From: Protoeuglena noctilucae
Lineage: Eukaryota
Direction of reading: 5' to 3'
Length of the DNA stretch: 64,000 nucleotides
Assembly (NCBI GenBank): GCA_958009085.1
Contig: OY253676.1
Span: forward strand, 62,001 to 126,000
Shown: one piece after another, positions 1-12,300 of the stretch
Layout of the letters: the number at the start of each line of letters is the position of its first letter
Position numbering within the stretch: the stretch's first letter is position 1
Notes under the pieces: generated by a model
What the model was told of the DNA's origin: nothing
Database searches by the model: none
What the model saw: only the letters and a program-made list of their open reading frames with translations
Made by a program: the position numbers and the translations under genes

Positions 1-2974
1 GGCGACGTGCTTCTTGGGTGCGGCAGTGTGCCGCTCCGCGAGCATCGTGCAAAGACCCAGCAAGGGTGCAAATGTGATCCATGCACCACCTCTTTAGTGC
101 ATCACGGCCCCTTGTGCGCCACTGCACCCCTGTGCACGGGTGCTGACCAGCACCCCTTTTGAACATGCATGCCAACATGCACCCCATCGCACAACCATCG
201 ACTCGCCTCGATGTCGAACAGGTCCTGGTCGACGGGGAATCCGTCCTGCAGCGTCCACTTCTTCGCGGGACTCCACTCCTTGGGGGGCATGGGCTGGAAC
301 CCGATGCGGCGGGCGTGGTCGGGAGCCCAGAAGTCGCGCTTCTCGAAACGCCACACCTGGGGAGAGAGCAGGGAGGGGACTGGATGTCAGGACACAAAAC
401 CTTGCAAGCTTGCCTGCTGTTTGACTGTTATACAAAGGGACAGCCAGTGGTGGTAGCCAAGGACCGCTTAACATCTCCAGCACCCAGGCCCCCAAACCCT
501 CGCCGCTTGACCCGCACTCCACCAGCACCCCTTACCTCCGGCCCGTATTTGAACTTGATCTGCTCCAGGACGTCCTTAGACCCCTCGTACTTGGCCGTCT
601 CCTGCCTCCGCTCGTTGTCGAACCACAGCGCGCCCCACGTGTAGTGCAGCATGGACGCCACCCCCATCACGCGGTCGTTGGGGGGTTGGGAGATGAGGCG
701 GTTGTCGGGGGTGCGCTTCAGGTCCAGCTTGACGCCCTGGGGGTGGCAGCGTGGGCGGCGGTGTGGGTGGCAGCGTGGTGATAGCGTGGGTGGCAGCGTG
801 GGTGTGGAAACACAAGGTAATCAGCCAACTGCTCGCTGCTCGCTGCTCTGCCCCTGTGCCCCGTCTATGTCATCGCCTGGCCCTCGCCTGCAGCGCCAGT
901 GCGATGCTGAAGGCGTACATCTCCCGCACCCACCCCAGCTGCTCTCGACAAGCCTCGTCGTTCTCAATGTGCAGGGTCAGGCGCTCCCAGTCGGGGGTCA
1001 CCCGCGCCCACTCGCCCGCACGCGCCAGCACGGGGGCTGGGCCACTGCGATACATGCGACATGACGAGCATTTTAGCTGTGCTTGTCAACTGGCGATAGA
1101 CTGGCATGGGCCTGGCTGGTCATCTCAGCCACCCTTGCACGCGTGTGATGCCCGCCTCTGTTACTATGGTCATTCATCTCAACCTCCCTCCCTCACATGC
1201 AATGCTCAGCTCTGGTTAGTCATTTCACCTGGGTGGTATGACGGAGAGCGCGCCCTTGGATTCGGGGAACATGGGCCTCATGAGAGTGGGGAAGGCGCCG
1301 GGGTTGATGTAGAAGAAGGGGAAGCCCTCGCTGATGGCAGTCGACTCCGCGGCGGGGGCGGACACGGGTTTCAAAAACACGTAGTCGCCCTCGATCATCA
1401 ACAGCCACGGGGCCTGGATGAGAGACGGGTCCTTCTCTGCAAGGGCGTGGGGTTGTGGGTGAGGGATGTTGAAGAGGGGCGGATGAGCACAGAGGTGCTG
1501 TGGGCTGACCCTCATGCTCCACACCCAGGGCGATGCGTTTGCATGGCATATAACGAAGCATATCACGAAACAAACATGTGGGCATGTGCCACGAGGTCCT
1601 CACCGGCTGCTTGGAGGAACTGGCGCACGGAGTTGGGCCTGTCCGCCACGGGGAAGGGGCACCACTTGTCGCAGGCGGGGGTGACGGGGTCGGCGCGGAA
1701 GGTGGGCACCTCGTGGGAGATGTCGTCGTGCTCTGACGTGGCAGAAAACAGAACAGAAATGTCGGATAGGAAATATCTAGGAAATATCGAAGACTGTGCA
1801 TGTGCTGCCCGCATGTGCCATGTATGCAACCCCAGCTCGCTCACCGGCACGGCTGAGGATACGCGTGAATGCGACCATCTTGTCCCCTCCCGGCATGGCC
1901 CTGGCGCGGAGGTAGGTGCGGTAGAGGATGCGCGTCTGGAAGTTCAAATAGGGCGTGCCGTTGCTGGTCACGAGCACGTGCACCGCATCGCCCCGGCTGG
2001 GCCATTGCGATGCGTCGATCGACATCCGCAGCAGCTCCTGGGGCGACGCATGAGGGGCAGGAGATGAGGGTCAGAGAATGCGGCTGATGATGGGCGATGG
2101 CAGTGGGGGTGGGGTGCTGCGGGGGTGGCAGTCAGAGCAGTGGCGACGTGCTCAGGCAGTCCGCGAGTCTAATGTGCATGGCATGCGTGCCCCCAAGCAC
2201 CAATGGGTCTGGGGCAGCACCACGCAATCCAAACAGCTCCAGAAAGCTCCCTCACCGCCGGCGACGCGCTGTGCTTGCCCCCGCATCCCCAATCGAAGTC
2301 GCACGTCGCGCCCGACAGCGTGGCCGCAGCATCCCGGGGAGCCCGCGTGGCGCGCGGGGTCTCCACGGGGCGCCCCTTCTTCGGCGGCGGTGTCCCGGCG
2401 GGCGTCTGCTTGGAAAGGGAGGCCTCAAAGTCCGCGCGGGGCACGGATCCCGAAAACTCATGGCGCACGTACTTGCCGCGGCCCGACGTTGCGGGAACGA
2501 CCTCCGCCACGCTGTCTGCGGCCTTAGATGGACTCTTCGCAGCCGCCGTGGGACGCGAACGGGGCGGTGGGGCGCGGGGAGCCGGCGTTGCGCGCGGCGG
2601 GGGGAAGCGAAGGCGGAGCTTCGACGCTGACGACCCCCGGCGTGCGCTCGGCGAACGGGGTGGCCGGACGGCGCACGACGGGGGCGGGGACGGCGATGGA
2701 GTTCCCCGGTGACCGCTGTACGAGGGCGTCCGAGAAGGTCATGAGGAGATATCCGCCGAAGAAGCCGACCAGGGCACCTGCCAGGAGAACCATGGCGATG
2801 ACATCCCCCGTGATCCTACGCAAGCGAGAGGAGAAGCGATCACTTGACACGTGCGGTAAAGGGAATGCGCCCAAATGCCCAGGTCAGCCACAACGCGCCT
2901 CACCCGCGCCGCAGCATCAAGAAGTCGTCGAGCAGGCCGCCATGGCGGGGCCGCGCGACCCTGGGAAGCCGCAT
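1..2974 (-). CDS. Hydroxyproline O-arabinosyltransferase (HPAT)-like type II membrane glycosyltransferase, multi-exon, 3' end runs off the window
   Basis: ATG at 2974 (MRLPRVARP...), then a TM helix (VIAMVLLAGALVGFFGGYLLM) and a Pro-rich stem. HPAT-type segments follow: VHVLVTSNGTPYLNFQTRILYRTY..MVAFTRIL, FPVADRPNSVRQFL, LLMIEGDYVFLKP, GPAPVL..W..LT..IE..LGWVREMYAFSIA, MLHYTWG, VWRFEKR. There is an unresolved frame change near 2600. Confidence 0.8.
741..808. repeat. Intronic 12-bp minisatellite (GGGTGGCAGCGT)n, degenerate
   Basis: About 5 units in an HPAT intron. Confidence 0.75.
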
Positions 2975-3382
2975 TGTATCTAAACTGAACAATGCGCGTG
3001 CTGCCTCCCAGAATCCCTGGGCTCCCGTCGCACAATTGGGTCCGCTGAGCAAACACTCTTTGCTCGCCCCCCCTCAGGCGTAATCAGGCGCTTCGCTGCC
3101 CGCCATGCCCCATGGCAGCAAGAAGAATAGCGCCAGTGCCAAATGCAACCGAACTCAAAAGCCAGCGGACAGATCCCCTGCTACACGAGAGCGTAGTGTG
3201 TTGCACTGAAAAAGTGTGTTGCACGGTCCAACTTTCTTCCCAGCACGGGATGCTCAGCGAGTGCCATTGGTTTTCTTGTCACCGCGCATGCAAGTAAGAT
3301 CAGATCCGCTTCAAGCGTAGGAATCGCGCCAGTAAAGAGACGCTAGCAAAGCAGTGTTGCTAAAGAAAGAGGCCAGGATCGC

Positions 3383-6300
3383 TCAAATGACGACGTCGAG
3401 GAACGCCGCGACGCCCGCGAGGATCCACTTGAGCTGCCCGACCTTGGACTTGAGCTGCGCCGTGAAGACCTCCTGGCGGAAGCGTGCCTCGGTCGTGTAG
3501 ACGGGCGTCTGGTAGGCGTCCTTGATGTCGGCGCGGTCGACCTGGACGGCCTTGACGAGGATGACGGGCAGCGGGCAGAAGAGCTGCTTGGGGAGCGAGT
3601 CGTCCAGGCACCCGCCCTTCTCGTCCCACCGCGCGCCCTCGAGCGTCAGCCCGTGGATGTACGCCCCGTCGCGCGCCGCCGCGTCGACCTGCTCCCGCGT
3701 GGCCTTTTTGGTCACCTCCGTCACCACCTCCGTCTTGTCAAGCGGCCACTCGTTGCGCCTGGCCGTGGTCTGCTTGACGGCCGTGAGGAAGGACTGGGGA
3801 TTGAAGAGGCCCGAAAGCCACACCGAGTTGGGCACCTGCAGCTCGTTCGTCCACCCGACGAGCTGCTCGTGGCGCTGGAGCAGGTTGAGGGTCCAGCTGG
3901 ACAGCGGGCGCAGGGATGGGTACGCGCGGATGGCCCAGGACCCGGGCGTCTGGTTGGCGGCCAGCGCGCGCATGAGCGTCTCCATGGGCCCGGACATGGT
4001 GAGGTCGCCGTTGAGGCCCAGGTCGAGCTCGATCAGCGAGCGGCGCATCTCGGCCACCAGCACGTTCATGCGCTCGGCCTCCTGGATGGCCACCATGGTG
4101 TAGGGGGAGAAGTCCCCGTCGCAGCGCCCGCGGATCTCCTCCATGTCGAACAGATCCGGCATCTTGTCCATGATGTCGTCCAGCGTCTGCAAACAATGCG
4201 ACGGGGTCAGGGTCGGAATGCGCATGGGTGGGCGGGGGCGGCAGCAACGTCAGCAAAGCGGCGGCGGCGTCACAGCGGGCGGCCAGCTGCAAGGACGAGT
4301 AAGGAAAACATCAAAGAGGCGCAGCTGTACCATCTAGCATCCCCAGCGACTCACCAGCTTGGCGCGCTGCTCCTCGCTCTGCCCGCCCTCGGCCCCCGCC
4401 GACCGCGGCTGCAGGTTGAGCACGGAGGCGCAGAATGCCTCGGCCTCTCGGAGCTTGAACCCAATCTCCGCGTTGGGGTGCATCCCGAAGGCCACGGGGC
4501 TCTCGGCCTTCATGAGCTCCTCGATGTGCTCGATGACCTCGCGGTGCGTGCTCGTGTTGGGCGGGATGGGGAAGCCGGGGTACATGTCCATCCCCTCGAG
4601 CAGGTCGTCGTTGAAGTATCGAACCAGGTACCCGTTCGACAGGCGCCGGTCCCAGTCCTCCACCACGTGGCCCCCGTACATGATCTCCCCGATCACGTAT
4701 CGCAAGTCGTCCCAGGGGACCTTGGTGGACTGCTCGAGGAAGTTGACGGCCACCTGCCCGCAGCAGAGGAGGTCGCCGGTGTTGAAGGGGTAGTTCATGT
4801 TCCACCCGATGCCGGACGTGGCGTTGGGGAGGTTGCCGACGCCGAACTTCTTTCGTTCCAAAATGACGGCGTGGTAGTAGCAGAGCGCGAAGAGGATGGA
4901 GCGCAGCTCGGCCTGCTTGGAGCAGTTCTCGATGACTTCGTCGCTGAACTGGCCCCAGGCGCGCAGCAGGTTGGCCTTGAGGCCCTCGGGCGGCTCGTTG
5001 GTGAGCTTGATCGACGCCTGCAGGATCGAGATGGGCAGGGGGCGCTCCAGGCTGGGAGGCGGCTCCGCGGAGATGAAGAGGCGGAAGTCCTCGTGCGTGT
5101 CCTCGGCCAGCTTGTCCACCACCTTGACCAGCTCCCCACTGGTCCAGTCGATGGTGAGGTGCACGTTCTGGAGCAACACCCAGCCGCCCTCCTTGCGCGC
5201 GCGCGCCAGCGCCTTGCTCGCGATCTCCTCCTGCCCCTGCCCCAGCGAGATGGTGGCGTACTTGCCGCTGTCGGCCGTGAAGCCGCCCTTGGCCCCCAGC
5301 GCCTCGACCGAGGCCGCCACGTCCACCCCGGGGGAGAGGAACACGAAGATGGGGATGTGGGGCGCGGCGTCCTCGAGCGACCGCTTGAGGTTGTAGGCCT
5401 GCGACACCACGTACCTCTCCCCGATGATCTTGGCCACGAACGTGCGCATGGCCGCGGTGAGGCGGTCGGGACGCAAAGCGCGGAAGAGGAGCAGCCGGTC
5501 GAACTCCCCCATTCGCTTGTAGTCACCGGGGGGGGCCTCCTCCTCGGGGCGCTGCAGCTCCATCCACTCCTTCCACCTGCAAGGGGGGGTGAGGGGGCAC
5601 AGGGGTGAGATGAGCACCACGGTCAAACAATCCAGAGACAGGCGACAAGCGGAACGGCATTGCGCAGCTGGCATTGCGCGAGTCCGCACAGCGCTACTCA
5701 ACAACGCTTTCCCTAACAGGCATGCAGCAGCCCGGCGCAGCACGAAACACTCAGTACACCCCTCAGCACACATCCCGCTCCTCGCCTCTTCTGGGATCCC
5801 GCGAGCTCCGATGGCAGCCCCGCGAAGTCCCCGATCTGCTCGAGGGCCATGACGGCGGCCCAGGAGCTGTCGGAAACGAACTCGGACACCGGGTTGGGCG
5901 TGCCCTCGACCTTGGGCCCGCGAAGCAGGTACTCGAACTTGGCCACGTCGAGCTCGTTGCGCTGCTTGAGGATGGCAATGGCCAGCTGCGTGGCCACGAT
6001 GAGCTTGTGCGGCTCGAACAGCCCCTGGGCCACGTACGCAAACACGGTGTGGGTGGTGGTCTCGATGAGGGAGATCACGCGGCGCCCCAGCCGCTCCTTT
6101 TCTCCCAAATTGTCGTCCGGCTGCTCGGCGACGTCCATGCCCTTGGACAGCACCCGCACGAAGTTGGCCATGGAGTAGTGGTAGACGCGGTCGAGCGCGT
6201 TGAGGTTGTCGATGAGGAAGTAGACGAGCGATCCTCGCGTCGCCACGGGGCGGTACACCTCGCGGGCCTGCTGGATGGACCGGGACGTCTCCTTGGCCTC

Positions 6301-9300
6301 TTCGACCCGGTGGGCGATCTCGTTGGCGGTCACCTTTGTCTGCTCCAGATTCTCCACCAACTCGACGTCCTCCAGGATGTCGCCCTGCACCGACGCCAGG
6401 CGCGCCAGCAGCGAGTCCTCCAGCTCCGCCAGCTGGATGCTGAAGCTGTTGAGCGACTCGACCAGCTCCGCCGCCTGCCGCTGCATGTCCGGCCGCTCCT
6501 TCGCCACCACCAGCGCCAGCAGCTGGTCCTCCAGGCCCTTCTCCGTGACCGTGAAGTTGACCAGCGTCGTCTGCGCGGCAATCTCCGGCTTGTAGTGCGG
6601 GTTGGCCAGCTTGGTCTGGAGGTACAGCCGGAACTTGGGGTTGTACTCAACCTCGTCGTCCCCGATCTTGACGATCAGGTTGCGGCCCTTCTTGATCGTC
6701 TGCCGCGCGATGACCGGGCTCAGCACCGCATCGATGCTGTCCTCCAGCTTCTCGATGACCAGCGGCAGCCCCGTCTCGATGCAGGCCTTGACCGTGTCGA
6801 TGTACTTGCTCTGCGTGAGCTGGATGACCTTGACGCCGAACTTCTCCTCGCGGCGCAGGATCCACGTGATGCCCTGCAGCTGCGGGTCGATCATGAGCGG
6901 CCACCGGGACGAGTTGGTCATGATGGCGCCGTTTTCCATCGACAGAGGGTCGCTCGGCAAACCCTCCGAGTTCCACTTCGCCTTCTTGGTGTCGTTGGAG
7001 ATGGAATCCATGGGCCGCGCGCCCTCGCTCATCGGCACCGCGCGCTCGATCAGGTCCGGCAGCCATTTGGTCTCGACCAGCTGCGTGCGCATGGGCATGT
7101 TGAAGGGGCCGGCGTAGGAGACGAACGCGGCCGAGAGGAGCACGTCGCCCACCAGACGCCCCTCCTGCGCGATGAAGCGCTGCACCGTCTCGCCCCACCG
7201 CTGCCGCTCGCTGGCCAGGCCGTTGATGAGGCGGTCGGCCAGGTCCGCCTTGCGCTGCGTCTTTTCCGCTTGCGCAATGGCCTTGTTCTTCTCTTCCGTG
7301 GCCTCCTCGAACTGCTCTTCTAAAGCAGCAACCTTCTCCTGCAGGGCCTTGACGCTGGGGGGGAGGGGAGGGGGGGGAGGGGTGAGCAAGGTGCGAGCGC
7401 AAGTGTAGTGCAGGAGAGGGGGCGAGTGAGAGATGGGGCACTTGTCAAGGGCAGCAACGACAAGAAATTGGAACTGGTAAGTGATCGCGCGGTAAGAGTC
7501 GCGGGGACCGCACAAAGCATGGGCATCCATCTATGCAGCAAGCAGGGCAGGCTACCCTACCCCGGTCGCGCCTCACCGGGCACGCACGCCGGCCAGCTTC
7601 TTGTTGGCCGCCTCGAGCTGCGAGTTGGCGGCCTCGAGGGCCTCCCGCATGGGCTTGACCTTCTGGAAGACCCGGAAGTACTTGCAGATGTTGACCACCC
7701 ACGCGGCCAGGCCGGCGGCCGCAAAGGACTTGCGCTTCAGATCCTCCATCGCCACCTCCTCGGTCCCCGGGATGACCATCGATTCCTTGAACTTGGTCTC
7801 GACCATGGCCACGTTGGGCTCCTTGGACAGGTTGTTCTTGTCGAACGCCAGCAGGTTGTTGAGGAAGGTCGTCGCGTCGCCCATGAACTTCTGCGCGTTC
7901 TGCCACACCAGGTCCTTGTCCTTCGGGAGCTTCTCCGGGGGCGCGAACAGCAACATGACCGAGTACACGACCTGCTCCACGGCGGCCGCGGGCGTCTTGA
8001 GGGACTTGAGCTCGGTGAGCGCAGACTTTTCGAGGGAGTTGAGCGCCTCCTCGGCCGACTTGATGAGGGGCTCCGCGGCCTCCAGTTCCTTCGAGCAGAT
8101 CGCCTGCTGCTTGGAGACCTCTTCCTGGATCGCCGTGGCCTTCTCCTCGTCCTCTCGGGAGGCCTCCATCGTCTCCTCCACCACGGCCTTCTCGCGGCCA
8201 ATCGACTCGATCAGCGCCTTCGTCTTCGCCTGCTTCTCCTCCACCACGATCTGCTCCTGCTTCAGCATCACTTGCAGGTCCGCCACCTGGGGGTGGGGGG
8301 GTGGGGCTGGGTTATCGACGCAGTCACGGGCACCGCGAGGGCATGCTGTTCTAAACCGCGCATTATGTGAGATCAAATGTGCGGGATGGGTGACGTGACT
8401 GCGTATGACTCGATCAAAGACCTGCCACTGCCACTGCCGAGCCCATGAGTCGAGCCACCCATCAGCCCCCGTACCCCATCATCGCCCCTCACCCACCCAC
8501 CCACCCACTCCCCATCCCCCCACGCACCTGGTTGGCGGCCTGCTGGATCTTGTCGAGCCCGTTCTCCAGCCTGTCCCTCGCCCTCCTCAGCTCGCTCCTC
8601 TTCTGGTCCAGCAGCGACTTGTAGAGCGCGATGAGCTCCAGGTACGACTTGGGCGTCACGTAGTTGTAGCGGCGGTAGATGCGAAGGCACTCAATCGAAG
8701 CCTCGGTCACGCTCTGCAAGGGGGGACAGATGCATTCGACGATATTATGACGATAAAACATGACCAAGCGCGGCATTGCATGGCATTGCGGGAGGCAGAG
8801 GCAGGCGGAGAGGGTACGCTATCCCCACCCTGGCCACCCCGCACATGCGCACTACCCACCCACCCAGCCCACTGCCCCACCCCACCCCACCCCACCCCCC
8901 CATGTTACACTCACCGTGTGCGCGAATGCCATGTGCAGCGCGATGTTCTCGCGCACGTCGGCGTCGATGTCCGGGACCTCGGTGAGGAAGCGCTGGGCGA
9001 CCGACACGAGCGCCTCGTGGGGCCAGGGGTGGAACCAGTCGAAAACAGTGCTGGACACCAGCGCCGGGAACTGCCTGGCGCGGATGCGGAACTTGTCGCC
9101 CGTGGGGCTGAAGCACAGCACGATGTGCAGGTTGCGCCGGACCTTGTCGATGAAATAGTCCCAGAGGTTCTCCGGGGTCTCCATGACGCCCGCGGCGCGC
9201 GCCTCGTTGCGCACGGCGTTGCAGAAGTTGTCCTTGTCCTCCTGAGAGCAGAGATCCGCGATGAAGCCGGACGACAGGAGGTCGTTGATGTAGACCAGGA

Positions 9301-12300
9301 AGCGCTCGTCGATGATCTGGTTGTCCGTCATCAAGAACATGACGGGCGTGCCCTTCATGCCGCACTTGGTGTACAATCCCATGATGGCCTCCTTGAGCTG
9401 GTCGACGCCGTAGCTGGCCGTCACGGAGATCTGGAAGACATCCAAACCCGAGCAGCAGTAGGCCGCCAGGCGTGCGAGCGACTGCCGGCCCGACCCCCCC
9501 ACCCCCACAAGCATCGCGTTGCCCCGGGGCAGGTCAATGATGCGGGAGATGCGGCAGACGTGCTCCATGGCCTGCTGGAACAGCACCAGGTCCATGATGG
9601 CGTTGCTCTCGTTGTACTCGCGCAAGCTCTCGTCCAGCACACGCTTGAGCTTGTCGTAATCAGGCACGGGCACGTACGGCGTGTAGTCCTCGACCGCCCC
9701 GGCGACGAAGCTGCAGAAGATGTTGGGCCGCGCCTCGACCTCGTCTAAACTGAGGTCGGCAAAGTACTTGCGCGTCATGGACCGCCGCATGTCCTCGAAT
9801 TGCTGCATGTCCGAGGTGGACACCATGCGGTCGAGGAAGACGCGCTCGCACTCGTGGATGAGGAGGCGCACGGCGCGCGCGGGGGAGTTGAAGACGTCGC
9901 GGCGCATGCGCGTCAGGCCCTGGGTGACGTTCGACAGCTCGCGCAGATTCCACTGGTAGTGGAATTTGACGGCGGAGGGCATGAAGGCGTTCATGACGTT
10001 CTTGTGCAGCTCGATCATCGCGTCGACGAGCTTGGGCGCCAGCGCGGCCACGTCGGGCTCGAAGTCCGCGACGTGCGCCTCCACGATTTGCGCGTAGATG
10101 GACCGCACGATGTCGGCGGGGGGCATCTGGACCGCAAACGTGGCGAAGTGCCGCTGCATGCGCGGGGTGATGTTGAAGGACCCGGCCGTGGGGTTCATGC
10201 ACGCCGACAGCAGGCAGTTGCTGATCTTGCGCTCGATGATCTTGGCCTTGTCGTACCAGCCGCCGTAGTCGACGTACTGGCGGACCAGCTCGATCGCGGA
10301 CTGCGTGTCGTACTTATCGACAAAAGGCATGTTGAGGTCGTCGAGAAAGTAGACCATGTGCTTGGTGCCCGGCGGGCCCCACCGGACGTTCGTCTTCTGC
10401 AGCGGCTGCTCCATGATGACCTGCAGGGCCGGCCCGTTGAGGAAGTAGTTCATGTTGACCGTCGTGAAGGTCATGGCCTCGCTGTTGACCGCCTTGAGCT
10501 TGTCGCGCATGATGGCGGTCTTGCCGGTGCCCGAGTTGCCCACAAACATGACGTAGTGCTTGTTGCCGACGAGGTTGTCGAGGAAGTAGGTGAGCCGCGT
10601 CGTGTCGACGGTGGGCACAAAAATGTTGGCGTAGTTGCCGTCGTTGGCGTAGGCAAAGGGCTTGACGCGCGCCGACCAGGGCGCCATCGCGCAGGCCTTC
10701 TCGTCGACGTAATAGTCGAACACCAGGCCCCCGTCCGGGAACTGCACCGTCTTGAAGTTGCTTGTCCACCACCGCGAGAACTCGGTGCGGTGATCCGTGA
10801 CCTTGTCCACCAGCAGGCACCCCCCGAACGCCCAGATGCACGCAAACACGAAGTTGTACTCGAGGAGCTTCTTCTGCCGGTCGTCGGGGGCGGGGACCTT
10901 CTCGGACGGCAAAATACCCTCGAGGATCTTGCAGATGGTCTGCACCATGTTGATGGGCTCGATCGGGACCACCGTGCGCAGGTTGCGCCGGACGTGCTCC
11001 AAGGGCTCCTCGACGTACTTGTCGAACGGGGCCATCAGGGGGGCGCGGAGCTGGTCCGCGTCGAGTTTCTCGATCCACGAGTCCTTGGCGGGCTTCCAGC
11101 CGATGTCGTCCTGGTTGACGAAGATCACGCCGCCTGGGGGTGGGGGCGGTGGGGTGGGGTTGTGGGTGCGGGGTGGGGTGCAGGGTGGTGTGGGGTGGTA
11201 TAGAGGGTGGGGTTGTGGGTGGGTGTAAGGGGATAGGAGGGGTGGACAGAGAGCAGGGTCAAGCATTCATCAGATTAGATGGCAGGCGAGAGCAAGTGGG
11301 TAGTGCCTTGACTGCAAGTGCCACCAAGTCATCGCGTGCGTCACGATCCCCCTCTCCCGCACTCTTCCACTCTCCCAAAGCCAGTGCCAATGCCTCAGCC
11401 CCTCACCTCGCGACACGGTGGCGGGGGAGCAGTGGTTCATGTGGTTGATCTCCAGCAGCAGCCGCATCGAGTCCGTCAGCGAGATACGCTCGTTGGATGC
11501 CAGCGTGAGCATCTTGTTGTCGTCCATGACCGTGTTCATGCTCTCGATCCACTCCGCATCGATATCCCCATCCAAGACGATCCACTGGTGCTTGTAGGTG
11601 CGCTCGCCCTCCTTGGCCATGTTGCGGAACGTCGTGCTGATCAAGCCCTCCTTCCACTCGCGCGTCTGCTCGTGCAGGTACCCGTACAGCTCGTTGCGCG
11701 TGACCGATTTGGGGTTGATGGGCTTCGTGTCGGTGCGCTCGTGGTACATGTTCTGGGCATGCTTGAGCGTCTTCCACACCGCCGACTTGCCGCAGCCGGC
11801 GGGGCCGAGAAGGAACACCGACCAGCGGACCTGGGGGGGTTGGGGCGGGGAAGGGCGTGGGTGAAATGGCACGACACTGCCTGGCTAAGCAGTCAAGTGT
11901 TGGCAGCACAGCATTGATCGACAGCACTGTATTGCTGTAGATGGCGTGGCAGGTCGAGTGCGAGATGCAGAGACAAACAATCGGCGCCAAAAGGCAACCG
12001 CTTGTGTAAATACTAGTACGAACGACACTCTCCCTGTCATACAAACACTCATCCGGCCACGCGCACCGACACCCCCCCGCATGCGCACCCCACCCCCCTC
12101 CCAACCCCCCATCTCCCCACCCCCTCACTCACCTCAAAGATCTCCCTCAGCTGCGAAATCTTGAGCCCGAAGTTGGAGTTCTCCGACTGCAGGCCCATCT
12201 CCTTGGCCGCCTTCTTGATGTAGGGCTCGAAGTCGCGATCGACGGCCCGGGCCACCTCGTCGACCTTTTTGGGGAATAAGTCGTTCAGCAGACCCATGAA

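Noticed and set aside
9478..9510. AAA4 Walker A Lys-to-Arg (GVGGSGRQS) as a sign of dynein inactivation
   Set aside because: GSGRQS is a common variant in axonemal dyneins, and catalytic AAA1 is intact.
3653..11203. Long plus-strand ORFs (651, 549, 447 and 467 aa)
   Set aside because: Antisense shadows of GC3-rich dynein exons, with no recognisable domains.
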